DNA of 42,128 bases from Vulcanimicrobiales bacterium (GTDB lineage: Bacteria; Vulcanimicrobiota; Vulcanimicrobiia; Vulcanimicrobiales; Vulcanimicrobiaceae), in assembly GCA_038231455.1 (NCBI GenBank), contig JBBRLI010000026.1, forward strand, positions 1 to 42,128, written 5' to 3'. This document shows positions 27,989-37,265 of this stretch, piece by piece. Positions within the stretch are counted from its first letter, which is position 1. Each line of letters begins with the position of its first letter. A model generated the notes under the pieces. The model was given only the letters and a program-made list of their open reading frames with translations. It made no database searches and had not been told where the DNA came from. Position numbers and translations under genes: made by a program.

Positions 27989-28943
27989 GACGGCACAGCG
28001 TTCGACAAGGACCGGGGCGACCTTTGCCACGCTCTTGCTGATCGTGGTTTCGGCCTTTTGGGGCCTCAACGCAACGGCATCGAAGTTTCTCTATAACCCG
28101 GCCGGCCTCGGCATGGACGGGATCGGCCTCTTCGTCGCGCGCTCGGCGTGGACGCTGCCCCTCTTTTTGATTCTCGCTCTGCTCAACCGGCCGAAGACCG
28201 CACTCAGCGCGAACGATTGGTGGCGGCTCGCCGCACTCGGCGTCATGTTCGGCCCGTTGCAAACCGGCGTCTTCGCACTCGGGACCCAGCACACGAGTGC
28301 GGCACACGTCGTGATGCTCTTTAGTTTAAGCCCGCCGGTGACGGCCGTCCTCGGCGCGTACCTCTTGCGCGAATCGGTCACGCCCATCCGCATCGTCGCG
28401 CTCGGAATTGGAATCGCCGGCGCGCTGCTCTTGATGCTCACGCGCTCCGCGAGCGGCTCGAACATCGCGGGCGATGCACTCATCCTCATCATGGTCGTCT
28501 CGTTCAGCTTTACCGCAGTCCTGATGCGCGGTTTTGCGGCGAAATACTCGCCAATCTTCATCACGGGCGTCTACGGTACGTTTGGAACGATATTGCTCGT
28601 GGCGATCGGCGCGTTTCTTGGACGACTCGGCGCAATCGCGCAGCCGCTCGTTGCCGATCCGCCGACCATCTTCTGGTTCTTCGGCATCATGGTCGTCGGG
28701 CTTTCGCTCGTCGCCCAGATCGCGCAGACGTTCGCACTGCGGATCGTGAGTGCATCGACCTTTAGCATCGCAAGCTCGTATGGATCGTTGCTCGTTGGCG
28801 TAGCGAGTTCGCTTACGATCCTGCACGAACGAATCGGACCGACGGGGATCGTCGCGGGCGCGCTCCTTGCATGCGCGCTCGGGCTCGCCGTTTTCGCCCC
28901 GAGTGCGCGTTCGCAAGCGCGGGGCGCCGCCTCATCGACTTAG
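27987..28943 (+). CDS. DMT/EamA family transporter
   Basis: About 10 hydrophobic helices; AFWG, LSPPVTAVLG..LLRE, ILHERIG. Confidence 0.85.
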   Translation: MTAQRSTRTGATFATLLLIVVSAFWGLNATASKFLYNPAGLGMDGIGLFVARSAWTLPLFLILALLNRPKTALSANDWWRLAALGVMFGPLQTGVFALGTQHTSAAHVVMLFSLSPPVTAVLGAYLLRESVTPIRIVALGIGIAGALLLMLTRSASGSNIAGDALILIMVVSFSFTAVLMRGFAAKYSPIFITGVYGTFGTILLVAIGAFLGRLGAIAQPLVADPPTIFWFFGIMVVGLSLVAQIAQTFALRIVSASTFSIASSYGSLLVGVASSLTILHERIGPTGIVAGALLACALGLAVFAPSARSQARGAASST

Positions 28944-29344
28944 TAGTCGCCAATCTCCATGTCGATCGGGGCGAAAGCCGCCGTTCGATCGACGCTCTCG
29001 GCGATCGCCACAAGTGAAAACGCCTCCGCCGCTGCCGTTGCAATCGCTCGGAGCCGCTGGTCGGTCGGGTGTGCAATCCCGCCGCGTAGATCCGATTCGG
29101 CAAGGCGTCCGCGCGCCATCACGAGCGTAACGCCGAGCCGCAAGAGTTCGGCGGTCGCGGGATCGGCCGACTGCGCTCGTCTGCGGCGTTCGATCTCGCC
29201 GCGGTCGATGCCAAGGGCGGCCAGGCTCTCGCGCGCGCGGCTCGTGGCTCGTGCGCTGCGCAACCACTGTGCGACTGCAAGATGGATCGAGCGTCGGTCG
29301 CTCTCGGTCAAGACATCCGGCAGAGCCGGGGTTGTAACTGTCAT
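28940..29344 (-). CDS. AhpD/CMD-like protein lacking CxxC
   Basis: LTESDRRSIHLAVA..LGIDRGEIERRRRAQSADPATAELLRLGVTLVMARGRLAESDL follows the AhpD-like helical pattern but the protein contains no Cys. Confidence 0.6.
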   Translation of the reverse strand: MTVTTPALPDVLTESDRRSIHLAVAQWLRSARATSRARESLAALGIDRGEIERRRRAQSADPATAELLRLGVTLVMARGRLAESDLRGGIAHPTDQRLRAIATAAAEAFSLVAIAESVDRTAAFAPIDMEIGDY

Positions 29345-29419
29345 AATGGTTACATCTTACTCCGGCTGGCATTCTTGTCAAGGCCCGATCTTGACTGAAA
29401 CCGTCGTAGTGGTTACAGT
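29333..29419. promoter_or_regulatory. Divergent sigma70 promoters, each overlapped by a TG(T/A)AAC-N10-GTTACA operator
   Basis: Operators at 29333-29354 and 29396-29417 (18/22 identical). Plus-strand promoter TTGACT(29391)-17 bp-TACAGT(29414); minus-strand promoter TTGACA(29381)-16 bp-TAAGAT(29359). Confidence 0.8.
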
Positions 29420-29429
29420 GAAGCGAACG

Positions 29430-29996
29430 ATGGCGCACAACGACTTTCCCCTGCACCACGGATCCATCGCATTAAGCTTCGTTGGAACGATCGGCGACCG
29501 CGGATCGGAGCCTCTCGAGCGCATCGCATCACCCCGTGCGTTTGCGGAGTGGCTGCGCGCTGCGGGCCTCGTCGATCATCTCGCATCACCCTCGGCAAAA
29601 TCGCACACAGACGCGCTGGCATTGCGCGAATCGATCGGTCGCACCGCGCGGGCATTGGTCGCGAACCGTCGGCCGCCAAGAATCGACATCGCGACGATCA
29701 ACGACGCCGCGCGCAAATGGGCGAGTCGACCGCTGCTCGATCCAAAATCGCTCAGGATCGTCGAGCGTCAGGCCGATCCGATCAAAGCCGCGCTCGGACG
29801 GATCGCCGCCGATGCGATCGACCTGTTCGGCAACGCGGAACGGCGCGCGTTGCTTCGCTCGTGCGCGCTTGAGGCATGCGGTAGCGTCTTTTTAACGCCC
29901 GCGGGTCGCCGCGAACGACGCTGGTGCTCGATGGAACGCTGTGGCAATCGCGCAAAAGTCGCGGCGTTCCGCGCTAGAGCCGCATCAAACCCGTAG
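29430..29996 (+). CDS. ABATE domain / CGNR zinc-finger regulator
   Basis: ALSFVGT..AFAEWL..LRESI (ABATE); CALEACGSVFL..RRWCSMERCGNRAKVAAFRAR (CGNR). Confidence 0.92.
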   Translation: MAHNDFPLHHGSIALSFVGTIGDRGSEPLERIASPRAFAEWLRAAGLVDHLASPSAKSHTDALALRESIGRTARALVANRRPPRIDIATINDAARKWASRPLLDPKSLRIVERQADPIKAALGRIAADAIDLFGNAERRALLRSCALEACGSVFLTPAGRRERRWCSMERCGNRAKVAAFRARAASNP

Positions 29997-30471
29997 AGAT
30001 CCGGTACAGGCGCGCTTCGACGACCCGACCCTCGTCGACATCGACGAGCAAACCGCTTGCAATGGTATAGAGGCGCGCGTTCGGCGTCACCCGCAGGCGA
30101 TCGTCGCCGCGGATCACGACGAGGTCCGTGGCCCGCACGGAGATCGTACATGCTCCGATGGTAAGGTGCGAACCCGGCATCACGCGCACGCGTGTTGTGG
30201 AGAGTTGCGAATCGACGAGAGCGCGCGGTCCGCGGATGAGTTTCTCTTGGATCACGCAATCCGGCACCGTTGAAAGTACGGCCGGACCTTGCATGCGAAA
30301 CCCGCTCGCAGTGCTGCGGCGCGAGCCTCGTTCCGAACGAGCGTCCGCACGCGGCGTCACCCGAACTTGAACGCTCGCAAGCTTCGTCTGACCCATGAGG
30401 AAGTGGTGCGCGGTGAGCGCGCCTCCCACGAGCACGACGACCAGCGTTGCGATCGCGTACCAGCGCAGCAC
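29974..30471 (-). CDS. Hypothetical membrane-anchored protein
   Basis: N-terminal TM segment; TAGTG coupling to the GH130 stop. Confidence 0.6.
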   Translation of the reverse strand: MLRWYAIATLVVVLVGGALTAHHFLMGQTKLASVQVRVTPRADARSERGSRRSTASGFRMQGPAVLSTVPDCVIQEKLIRGPRALVDSQLSTTRVRVMPGSHLTIGACTISVRATDLVVIRGDDRLRVTPNARLYTIASGLLVDVDEGRVVEARLYRISTGLMRL

Positions 30472-31577
30472 TAGGCCGCGTTTTCGCTCCCCAAGGCCGC
30501 CGCCGCCGGCGCGAGCTCCAAACGCGCGCGGCCGATTTTCGCATCCGCCATGCCATAATAGACATCGAAGATGCGCTCGCCGCGTACGTCGAGCGCGGTC
30601 GGAAAGACGACGTTGTTGACGACGCCGTGCGTTTCGTCGCGGCCCTCCGGCACGAGTACGGGCGCTGGGGAACGATAGAGCACGACGTGCGGTTTCTCGT
30701 AGTCATGGATCACGAAGCCCGCACTATATCGCATCCGAAAGTGGCCATCGTTTTCGATCGCGTCGACGCCGTGGAAGAGCGAGAACCAGCCCTCGGCGAT
30801 GCGCACGGGCGGGGTCCCGCCGCCGTTCTTGATCCGTCCCCACTCGCTATCGGGCGTGAGAACGAGCGTGCTTTCTTTGACGTGCACGATGCTCTTGATA
30901 TCGGCGAGCACCGGTTCGAGCGGCACGTACGCGATACGCGTGCTCTCGCGATCCTCGGGTTTCATCGCAAAGATGATCGGGATCGCGGCCTGTCCGTCGA
31001 CTGCGGAGATGTGCAGCATCGGGCGATGATAGAACGCGATCGAAAGAACGCCGCTTGGCGAACGGACGGGCTCCGGAAAGAACGCCGCATCTTTATCATC
31101 GCCGCTGGGCAAACCCGGACCCGAGAAGTCGGCAAGGCCAATTCGCTCCCAGACATAGCCATCGAGTGACTGCGCGAATGCGATACGCGGCCCGCTCGGT
31201 CCAAACGCCGTGTAGGCCATCAGATAGCGTCCGAGCGCGGCGATAAAGGTCACGCGTGGATCTTCGCAGCCCATGCCGCCGGGTACGCTACGCATCTCGT
31301 ACGGCGCGCCCGGCTCGAGTGCGTAGCCGTCGCGTTCGAAGGTGATGGCATCGCCTTTGAGTTCGACTCCGCGTGCAATGCCGATGCGCGATACGTTGCC
31401 CGCAGCAACCAAACGCGGATAAAGAACGAACTTGCCGTCTTTCGCACGCACGCCCGCCGGATTGAGCACGCCTTCGATGTCGTCGACGCCGCCGCTGGGT
31501 TCGAACACGACTCCAAGACGCGTAATGCTCGCATCGAAACGAGTGAGGGTCGAGTTCATGTCCAGAGCTATTCCCAT
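30471..31577 (-). CDS. Glycoside hydrolase family 130 (mannoside phosphorylase/hydrolase-like)
   Basis: GVLNPAG, GCEDPRVT, MAYTAF, DDKDAAFFP, YHRP, GGGTPP, NVVFPTA, YYGMAD. Confidence 0.88.
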   Translation of the reverse strand: MGIALDMNSTLTRFDASITRLGVVFEPSGGVDDIEGVLNPAGVRAKDGKFVLYPRLVAAGNVSRIGIARGVELKGDAITFERDGYALEPGAPYEMRSVPGGMGCEDPRVTFIAALGRYLMAYTAFGPSGPRIAFAQSLDGYVWERIGLADFSGPGLPSGDDKDAAFFPEPVRSPSGVLSIAFYHRPMLHISAVDGQAAIPIIFAMKPEDRESTRIAYVPLEPVLADIKSIVHVKESTLVLTPDSEWGRIKNGGGTPPVRIAEGWFSLFHGVDAIENDGHFRMRYSAGFVIHDYEKPHVVLYRSPAPVLVPEGRDETHGVVNNVVFPTALDVRGERIFDVYYGMADAKIGRARLELAPAAAALGSENAA

Positions 31578-32560
31578 TCAGCGCGGCGCGCGAGCGAGCA
31601 AACCAGTTCGTGAGGCAGCAGATCCGCTTGCGCGGCAAGCGCATCCAGGTCGCTTGACCGATCGACCAAGGCGACGTGCGGGCCGTCGCTGCGCGTGTAC
31701 GTCGTCGTGAACTGCATACCTACCGAAAGTATATCGGACGACCCCTCCAGGAGCTTAGGGAACCCGTCGCCATACCCGAAACGAACGACCGACACCCCTC
31801 GGTCGGATGGGATCGCCGTCTCCCCATAACCCGCCCAGGCAAGCTCGCCCGCCGCATGTCGTCGCACGACCGGTGCGGTGAGGCGAATGGCACAAGCAAG
31901 AGCCAGCGGGACGCCCAGTCGCACGCCAAAGAGTCCGGCGCCGATCCGCACGCGATCGGCGGGTCGGCGCAAGTGCGCCGATCCCGTACTCGCATAATCA
32001 TCGGAGACGATATCGACGCCGCTCTCTTTAAAAAGCGCCATCGTGTCGCCGAGTGTCCGCAAGATCGCGTTCTGACGGTCGAGCGAGGTGATGTGCGTCC
32101 ACACTTCAATCGAGACCCGCGATCGCGCAGCGAGTTCCGCAAACGCGCGAATTTCTTTGGGACGGATCGAGGTCCAACTCGTCGAATCGACGACGCCGAC
32201 GCGAATGCGCGCGACGGCGTTCTTTTTGCGCGCCCACGTATCGACTCGTTCGAGCGACGCTCGGTCGCTGATGTTGACGATCGCGCCGCGGTCGAGCAGA
32301 TCGTCGAGTCGATCGATCGGTACGTCGTTGATCAGCCGGACCGGCTTTTGCGTATCCTTCCGCAAAACGTCGAATTCATCGGCGTTTCCAACGAAATAGC
32401 TTTCCACCAAATCATCGACCGCGCGCGCGATGCGTCCGGCGCCCCAGCCATAACCGTCGTTTTTTACGACGGCGGCTACGCTTGTGCGCGTGAACCGCGC
32501 CCAAGCCCGAACGTTCGCGCGCAGCGTCTCGCGATCGAGCGTTACCGTCGGTTGCATCAT
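31568..32560 (-). CDS. Divergent alanine racemase-like PLP enzyme
   Basis: AVVKNDGYGWGA (cf. AVVKADAYGHG), RVRIGAGLFG, AGYG, GYGDG, HELVCSL; shortened C-terminal domain. Confidence 0.75.
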   Translation of the reverse strand: MMQPTVTLDRETLRANVRAWARFTRTSVAAVVKNDGYGWGAGRIARAVDDLVESYFVGNADEFDVLRKDTQKPVRLINDVPIDRLDDLLDRGAIVNISDRASLERVDTWARKKNAVARIRVGVVDSTSWTSIRPKEIRAFAELAARSRVSIEVWTHITSLDRQNAILRTLGDTMALFKESGVDIVSDDYASTGSAHLRRPADRVRIGAGLFGVRLGVPLALACAIRLTAPVVRRHAAGELAWAGYGETAIPSDRGVSVVRFGYGDGFPKLLEGSSDILSVGMQFTTTYTRSDGPHVALVDRSSDLDALAAQADLLPHELVCSLARRAEWE

Positions 32561-32988
32561 CGAAGCGTCGTGGAAACGATCAAATCGCCCGACGGCGTGA
32601 CGACGTCGAGAACCGAGCCCGCGCGGTAGGCGGAATTGGGTACGCGCCAGCACGTATAGGTGCGATATTCTTTCGAGGCTGCGCCGCCTTCAAGTGATTG
32701 TCGTTCGAAAGCGACGACGCGCACGCGCTGGATGTTGGCGCGGATCGATTCGGTGAATTGCGTGTAGCCCGCTTCCTTATGCGGCCCCATGAATAAAATC
32801 ACCGCGAATTCTTTTGAGAAATTAAACGGTGCCTTGATCCCGAACGCGTCGAGCGTGCGCTGGTTGCGGATGACTTCGATGGCATTCCCGCCCGGGCTAT
32901 AGGCGATTCCCGAAGCGGCGGTGTTGACGCGGACTTCGCGGCAGCCAACGAGCGCGAGCGTGAGGAAGAGAAGAAAGACGGCGCGCAT
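32557..32988 (-). CDS. Lipoprotein, PrcB C-terminal-like domain
   Basis: Lipobox LVGC; NFSKEFAVILFMGPHKEAGY resembles the PrcB_C motif; ATGA overlap with the Alr-like gene. Confidence 0.6.
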   Translation of the reverse strand: MRAVFLLFLTLALVGCREVRVNTAASGIAYSPGGNAIEVIRNQRTLDAFGIKAPFNFSKEFAVILFMGPHKEAGYTQFTESIRANIQRVRVVAFERQSLEGGAASKEYRTYTCWRVPNSAYRAGSVLDVVTPSGDLIVSTTLR

Positions 32989-33058
32989 TGCCGCCGCTTT
33001 CGACGCCTTCTCCCGAGGATACCCTGGCCGTAGTGCGCGAACACCCGAGGTTACGCCG

Positions 33059-33751
33059 ATGATCGAACTTTTGTTCCTCGTGCTCGCCCTTGCACCGACC
33101 CCCGAGCCGAGCACGCCGCCCGTCCCCAGCTCGCCTCTCAAAGAGATCGGCCGCGTTCGCGCGCTCCCGGCCTGCACGACGATCGTCGTCCACGCCAATA
33201 GCGCGATCGACTCGGCCCTGCGCAACGACAATGCGCTCGCGGTCTCAGTGAACCGCCTCAAACACGTCGATCTCGATGCGAACGCGCTCTCGCGAACGCG
33301 CGGCCTCAACGAACTCATGAGCATCTCGCGCGATATGCGCAAGCAAGCCGTCGAAGCCGAAGGCGAAGTCAAGCGCCTGCGCGAGATCGCGTCCGCATCG
33401 GAGGACGCTACGCGCAAAGAGGAGCTGAAGACCTTCGCCGATGCGCTCGGAGGCGCGGTTTTCCGCCAAAAACGAGCGGCCGACGATCTCGCGCGATTCG
33501 TCGTGATCACCGAAGGCCGCGTCGCCAAAGCCGAGGCGCATATGGACATGCAGACCGGCAAAGATCCGACCCAGGACGGACTCATCAAACCCGGCGCGTA
33601 CGCGACGCAATCGCCCTACAGCCCCTCGCCGCTCTATCTCAACGAAACGGCGCGCGAAGCCGCCAAGGAGTTCGAGTCCCGTATTTTGCTGATCGGGGCC
33701 GATGAGGCCAAGGCCGCCGACCATTCTATCGGGGCAACCTCCGGCTGCTAA
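33059..33751 (+). CDS. Hypothetical secreted helical protein
   Basis: GAGG RBS; short signal, Pro-rich linker, LKEIGRVRA..C motif, coiled-coil body and a C-terminal Cys. Confidence 0.7.
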   Translation: MIELLFLVLALAPTPEPSTPPVPSSPLKEIGRVRALPACTTIVVHANSAIDSALRNDNALAVSVNRLKHVDLDANALSRTRGLNELMSISRDMRKQAVEAEGEVKRLREIASASEDATRKEELKTFADALGGAVFRQKRAADDLARFVVITEGRVAKAEAHMDMQTGKDPTQDGLIKPGAYATQSPYSPSPLYLNETAREAAKEFESRILLIGADEAKAADHSIGATSGC

Positions 33752-33837
33752 TCGAGCCAGGCGGGCCGATCAGGCAGTTGGCGCTCGATGTGCACCGAAG
33801 TCATATCCTCTGTTTGCGCTCGCGCGTAGGGTAGAAC

Positions 33838-34761
33838 GTGATGTTCCGGATTTTCGCCCTCGCCGCGGCACTCGCTGCGTACGGGGCTGCCGCGCTCGGC
33901 AGTTGGATTCGCATTAACCAGGCGGGCATGACCTGCCCGGACTGGCCGCTTTGCAATGGCGCGGTCGTCCCGGCGCTCGGCGGCGGCGTGTTGCTCGAAT
34001 GGGGCCACCGCATGATCGTGGCCTTCGAGAGCGTCTTGATGATCGCGGCGCTCGTCGCGGCTTGGCAGCAACGCAAACGGATCGCCGGCATCGGGCGTAC
34101 GGCCGCCTTCATCGTGAGCGCCTACTGCGTGCAAGTGATTTTGGGCGCGGCAACCGTGGCGCTCTCGAACAGCCCGTGGTCGGTCGTCTGGCACTGGGGC
34201 GCAGCGATGGCGTTCCTGGCCGGGCTCTCGGTTCTGGTGATCTTGGCCTTCGTGGAACCGGCGCGCAACGCGGCCCCCCGCGCGCAGAACGGGCTCTTTC
34301 CCTTGCTCGCGACGTGCGCTGCAGTCGCGTTTGTGACCATGTGTGCCGGGGCGTACGTGAGTTCGAGCGGCGCGGGCCTGGCCTGCCTCTCGCTTCCATA
34401 TTGCAATGGGACGCTCTTCGGCCGCACGCCCGATCAGCTCGCGCAGATGATCCACCGCCTCTTCGCCGGCCTGTTCTTCGTTTTTGCGACGGTCGCTGTC
34501 TACCGCGTTGCGGTTGGCGCGCCGCTTCGGGTGCGTGCCGCGACCTTGGCGGGGTACACGCTCATTGTGGTACAGATCTTACTTGGTTTTGCCAATGTCG
34601 CGTATCTGCTGCCGCCGGCGCTGCGGGAGCTGCACGCCGCGAACGCCGGACTCACGTTTATCGCATTCGTGTGCGCGTTCGCGTTCGCGACGATCGAGGG
34701 GACCGTGGCGCTTGCTTCGGCCCGCCGCAGCTCTCCCTCGATGACAGCCGGCGCACGATGA
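33838..34761 (+). CDS. ctaA: Heme A synthase (COX15/CtaA) with two Cys pairs
   Basis: AGMTCPDWPLC, EWGHR, VWHWG, GAGLACLSLPYC, QMIHR, ELHAA. Confidence 0.9.
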   Translation: MMFRIFALAAALAAYGAAALGSWIRINQAGMTCPDWPLCNGAVVPALGGGVLLEWGHRMIVAFESVLMIAALVAAWQQRKRIAGIGRTAAFIVSAYCVQVILGAATVALSNSPWSVVWHWGAAMAFLAGLSVLVILAFVEPARNAAPRAQNGLFPLLATCAAVAFVTMCAGAYVSSSGAGLACLSLPYCNGTLFGRTPDQLAQMIHRLFAGLFFVFATVAVYRVAVGAPLRVRAATLAGYTLIVVQILLGFANVAYLLPPALRELHAANAGLTFIAFVCAFAFATIEGTVALASARRSSPSMTAGAR

Positions 34762-35681
34762 GCAGCACGCTCTCGCGCGTCGACGGCCGTCTGCCGTTTC
34801 GTCCCGCGGGCCTGCTCGGTACGATCAACGACTATTACGAACTGACCAAACCGCGCATCATCTATTTGCTGCTCATCACCACGCTCGCAGCGATCGTGAT
34901 GGCCGCTCGCGGCATCCCGCCGATTTTGCTCACGATCTACACGCTCGTGGGCGGGGCGCTCGCCGCAGCGTCGGCCGGTGCATTCAACTGTGTGATCGAC
35001 CGCGATATCGACCGGCTCATGAAGCGCACGATGTCGCGCCCTGTTGCCGCGGGTCGAATCTCGCCACGCGATGCGCTGATCTTCGCGAGCATCACCGGCG
35101 TCGTCTCGTTTGCGATCTTGTACCTTCTTGCAAATCCGCTCGCCGCGTGGCTCTCGCTTGCGGGCAATGCCTACTACGTCTTCATCTACACGCTCTGGCT
35201 CAAACGCACGACGCCGCTCAACATCGTGATCGGCGGAGCCGCCGGTGCCGTGCCGCCGCTCGTCGGCTGGGCCGCAATCACGCACGCCGTCGGCGGCCCC
35301 GCGCTCGGTCTGTTTGCACTCGTGTTCCTCTGGACCCCGCCGCATTTCTGGGCACTCGCGCTCATGACGAACATCGACTACGACAAAGCAAACATCCCGA
35401 TGCTGCCCAACGTTCGCGGCGTCGCGCACACGAAAAAAGAAATCCTCGTCTACTCGGTACTGCTCGTGGTGATGTCCCTTGCGCTCTACCCGCTGCACGT
35501 GATGGGTGCGTTTTACTTTGCCGCTGCGGCCGTGCTGGGCGGAATCTTCGTGCTTGATGCAATCAAAACGCTCAACGATTCGACCAAAGCCGGCGCGCGC
35601 TCGCTCTTCAAATTTTCGCTGCTGTACTTGGCCCTGATGTGCCTTGCGATGGTGGCGGACCGCATCATCACCGCAGCCTAG
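34758..35681 (+). CDS. ctaB: Protoheme IX farnesyltransferase (heme O synthase)
   Basis: LTKPRII, DRDIDRLMKRTMSRP, YTLWLKRTTPLNIVIGGAAGAVPPLVGW, WTPPHFWAL, DYDKANIPMLP. Confidence 0.95.
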   Translation: MSSTLSRVDGRLPFRPAGLLGTINDYYELTKPRIIYLLLITTLAAIVMAARGIPPILLTIYTLVGGALAAASAGAFNCVIDRDIDRLMKRTMSRPVAAGRISPRDALIFASITGVVSFAILYLLANPLAAWLSLAGNAYYVFIYTLWLKRTTPLNIVIGGAAGAVPPLVGWAAITHAVGGPALGLFALVFLWTPPHFWALALMTNIDYDKANIPMLPNVRGVAHTKKEILVYSVLLVVMSLALYPLHVMGAFYFAAAAVLGGIFVLDAIKTLNDSTKAGARSLFKFSLLYLALMCLAMVADRIITAA

Positions 35682-35683
35682 CC

Positions 35684-37078
35684 GTGGCCGCCCTCACCTC
35701 GGTCGCGGGCCATCGTCTCGACCGCACGACGATTCCGCTCTTGATCACGCTGGGTCTTGGCGTGTTCGCTGGCGCCCTCGATCTTGGCGTCCTCTCGCCG
35801 GCCCTCCCGGCGCTTGCGACGGCGTTCGGCGTCGGCGCGCGGTACATGCCGTGGGTCTTCACCCTCTATTTGCTCGCGACCGTCGTGAGCATACCGATCA
35901 TGACGAAGCTCTCGGATACGTATGGGCGGCGTCCGATTTACATCGCGTGCGTGACGATCTTCGCGCTCGGCAGTTTGCTTGCGATCCTCGCACCTAACTT
36001 CGGTATTTTTCTTACCGCCCGCGGCATCCAGGCCTTCGGTGCGGGTGGAATCTTCCCAGTGGCGACTGCCGCAATTGCCGACCGCATTCCGCTCGAACGT
36101 CGCGGCGCCGCACTTGGTCTCGTCGCAGCGACGTGGGGGATCGCGGCGATCATCGGACCGGGTTTGGGCGGCGTCCTCACGCATCTGCTCTCGTGGCACT
36201 GGATATTTGCTGCGAACATCCCCCTTGCGATCGTCGTGATCGTCATGGCGCGTACGACCCTGCCGACGATCGCGAGCCGCGTACGCGGACCGCTCGACGT
36301 GGCGGGGATCGCCCTGTTATCGACGGGACTACTCAGCGCGATGATCGGCCTTACGCGACTCGATGCATCGAGCGCGCGCATCGGCGGAAACCTCACGACC
36401 TTCGTTGCAACCGTCGTCGCGATCGTCGCATTCGTCGCGCTCGCAATTGTCGAACGCCGCGCGCCACAGCCGGTCATTCCGCCGCATCTCTTCGCGCGTA
36501 AACAGCTCGTGGTCACCTATGCGCTCGAAATCCTCATCGGCATCCTCGAGGGGGCGCTCTTCTTCATCCCAGCGACGCTCGTCGCCGCGCAGCATCTTTC
36601 GTTTGCCGCGGCGGGCGGCATCGCCGCAATCGGCGCCGTGATGTTCGTCGCCGTGATCCCCGGAGCCGGTCGCGCGCTCGATGCCATCGGCTCGCGCGCC
36701 GTGCTCACCGTGGGTGCAATATTCACCGCCGCCGGTTTGCTGATCTTCGCGTTTGGCTTTTCCTCGCTGACACTTGCGATTGTGGCGATGGTGGTCGCCG
36801 GAATCGGCTTTGGGGCGTTACTCGGCGCGCCGACACGCTACATCATTACAACCGAAGCGGGTCCCGAGGGTCGTGCAAGCGCCGTCGGGCTGCTCTCCGT
36901 GTTTTTGATCATCGGTCAGATTCTCGGTGGCTCGCTTGCGGGCGGCATCGTCGGTAGTCACGCAAATCATGTCGACGGTTATCGTTACGCGTATGAAACG
37001 TTCACGGTCGTCGCGATCGTCGCAGCCGCGCTTACCTTCGCGCTCAAATCCAAGAACGCGGAGCGCGCCGCGCGATAA
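35684..37078 (+). CDS. MFS transporter (DHA2-like, 14 TM)
   Basis: LSDTYGRRP motif A, RGIQAFGAGGIFP, GPGLGG, WHWIFAANIP. Confidence 0.9.
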   Translation: MAALTSVAGHRLDRTTIPLLITLGLGVFAGALDLGVLSPALPALATAFGVGARYMPWVFTLYLLATVVSIPIMTKLSDTYGRRPIYIACVTIFALGSLLAILAPNFGIFLTARGIQAFGAGGIFPVATAAIADRIPLERRGAALGLVAATWGIAAIIGPGLGGVLTHLLSWHWIFAANIPLAIVVIVMARTTLPTIASRVRGPLDVAGIALLSTGLLSAMIGLTRLDASSARIGGNLTTFVATVVAIVAFVALAIVERRAPQPVIPPHLFARKQLVVTYALEILIGILEGALFFIPATLVAAQHLSFAAAGGIAAIGAVMFVAVIPGAGRALDAIGSRAVLTVGAIFTAAGLLIFAFGFSSLTLAIVAMVVAGIGFGALLGAPTRYIITTEAGPEGRASAVGLLSVFLIIGQILGGSLAGGIVGSHANHVDGYRYAYETFTVVAIVAAALTFALKSKNAERAAR

Positions 37079-37265
37079 TCGATTCCGCTTTGTCGAAGGC
37101 TTCGCGAAAATGGATTTCGGTCACACAACATAATCGTAGCCACACTTGTTCGCTTCGGCTAACGCATTCGTAATGTGCGCATGGCATGGTGGTCGTGCAC
37201 CGCTGGCACTTAAACGCTGACACTTCGGACAGCCTTCGGCACCACACTCCGCTCGGCCGTCGCAT
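37044..37265 (-). CDS. Possible small Cys-rich metal-binding protein
   Basis: 73 aa with CQRC, CAHYEC and LCC..H; GAGGA just upstream of the ATG; fills an otherwise empty gap. Confidence 0.3.
   Translation of the reverse strand: MRRPSGVWCRRLSEVSAFKCQRCTTTMPCAHYECVSRSEQVWLRLCCVTEIHFREAFDKAESIIARRAPRSWI

Noticed and set aside
28959-29429. N-terminal extension of the CGNR protein
   Set aside because: It is antisense to the AhpD-like gene and upstream of a clear promoter; the ABATE domain begins at ATG 29430.
33951-35681. 576-aa ORF suggesting a CtaA-CtaB fusion or extended CtaB
   Set aside because: The extension is an off-frame read of ctaA. ctaB starts at ATG 34758, overlapping the ctaA stop.
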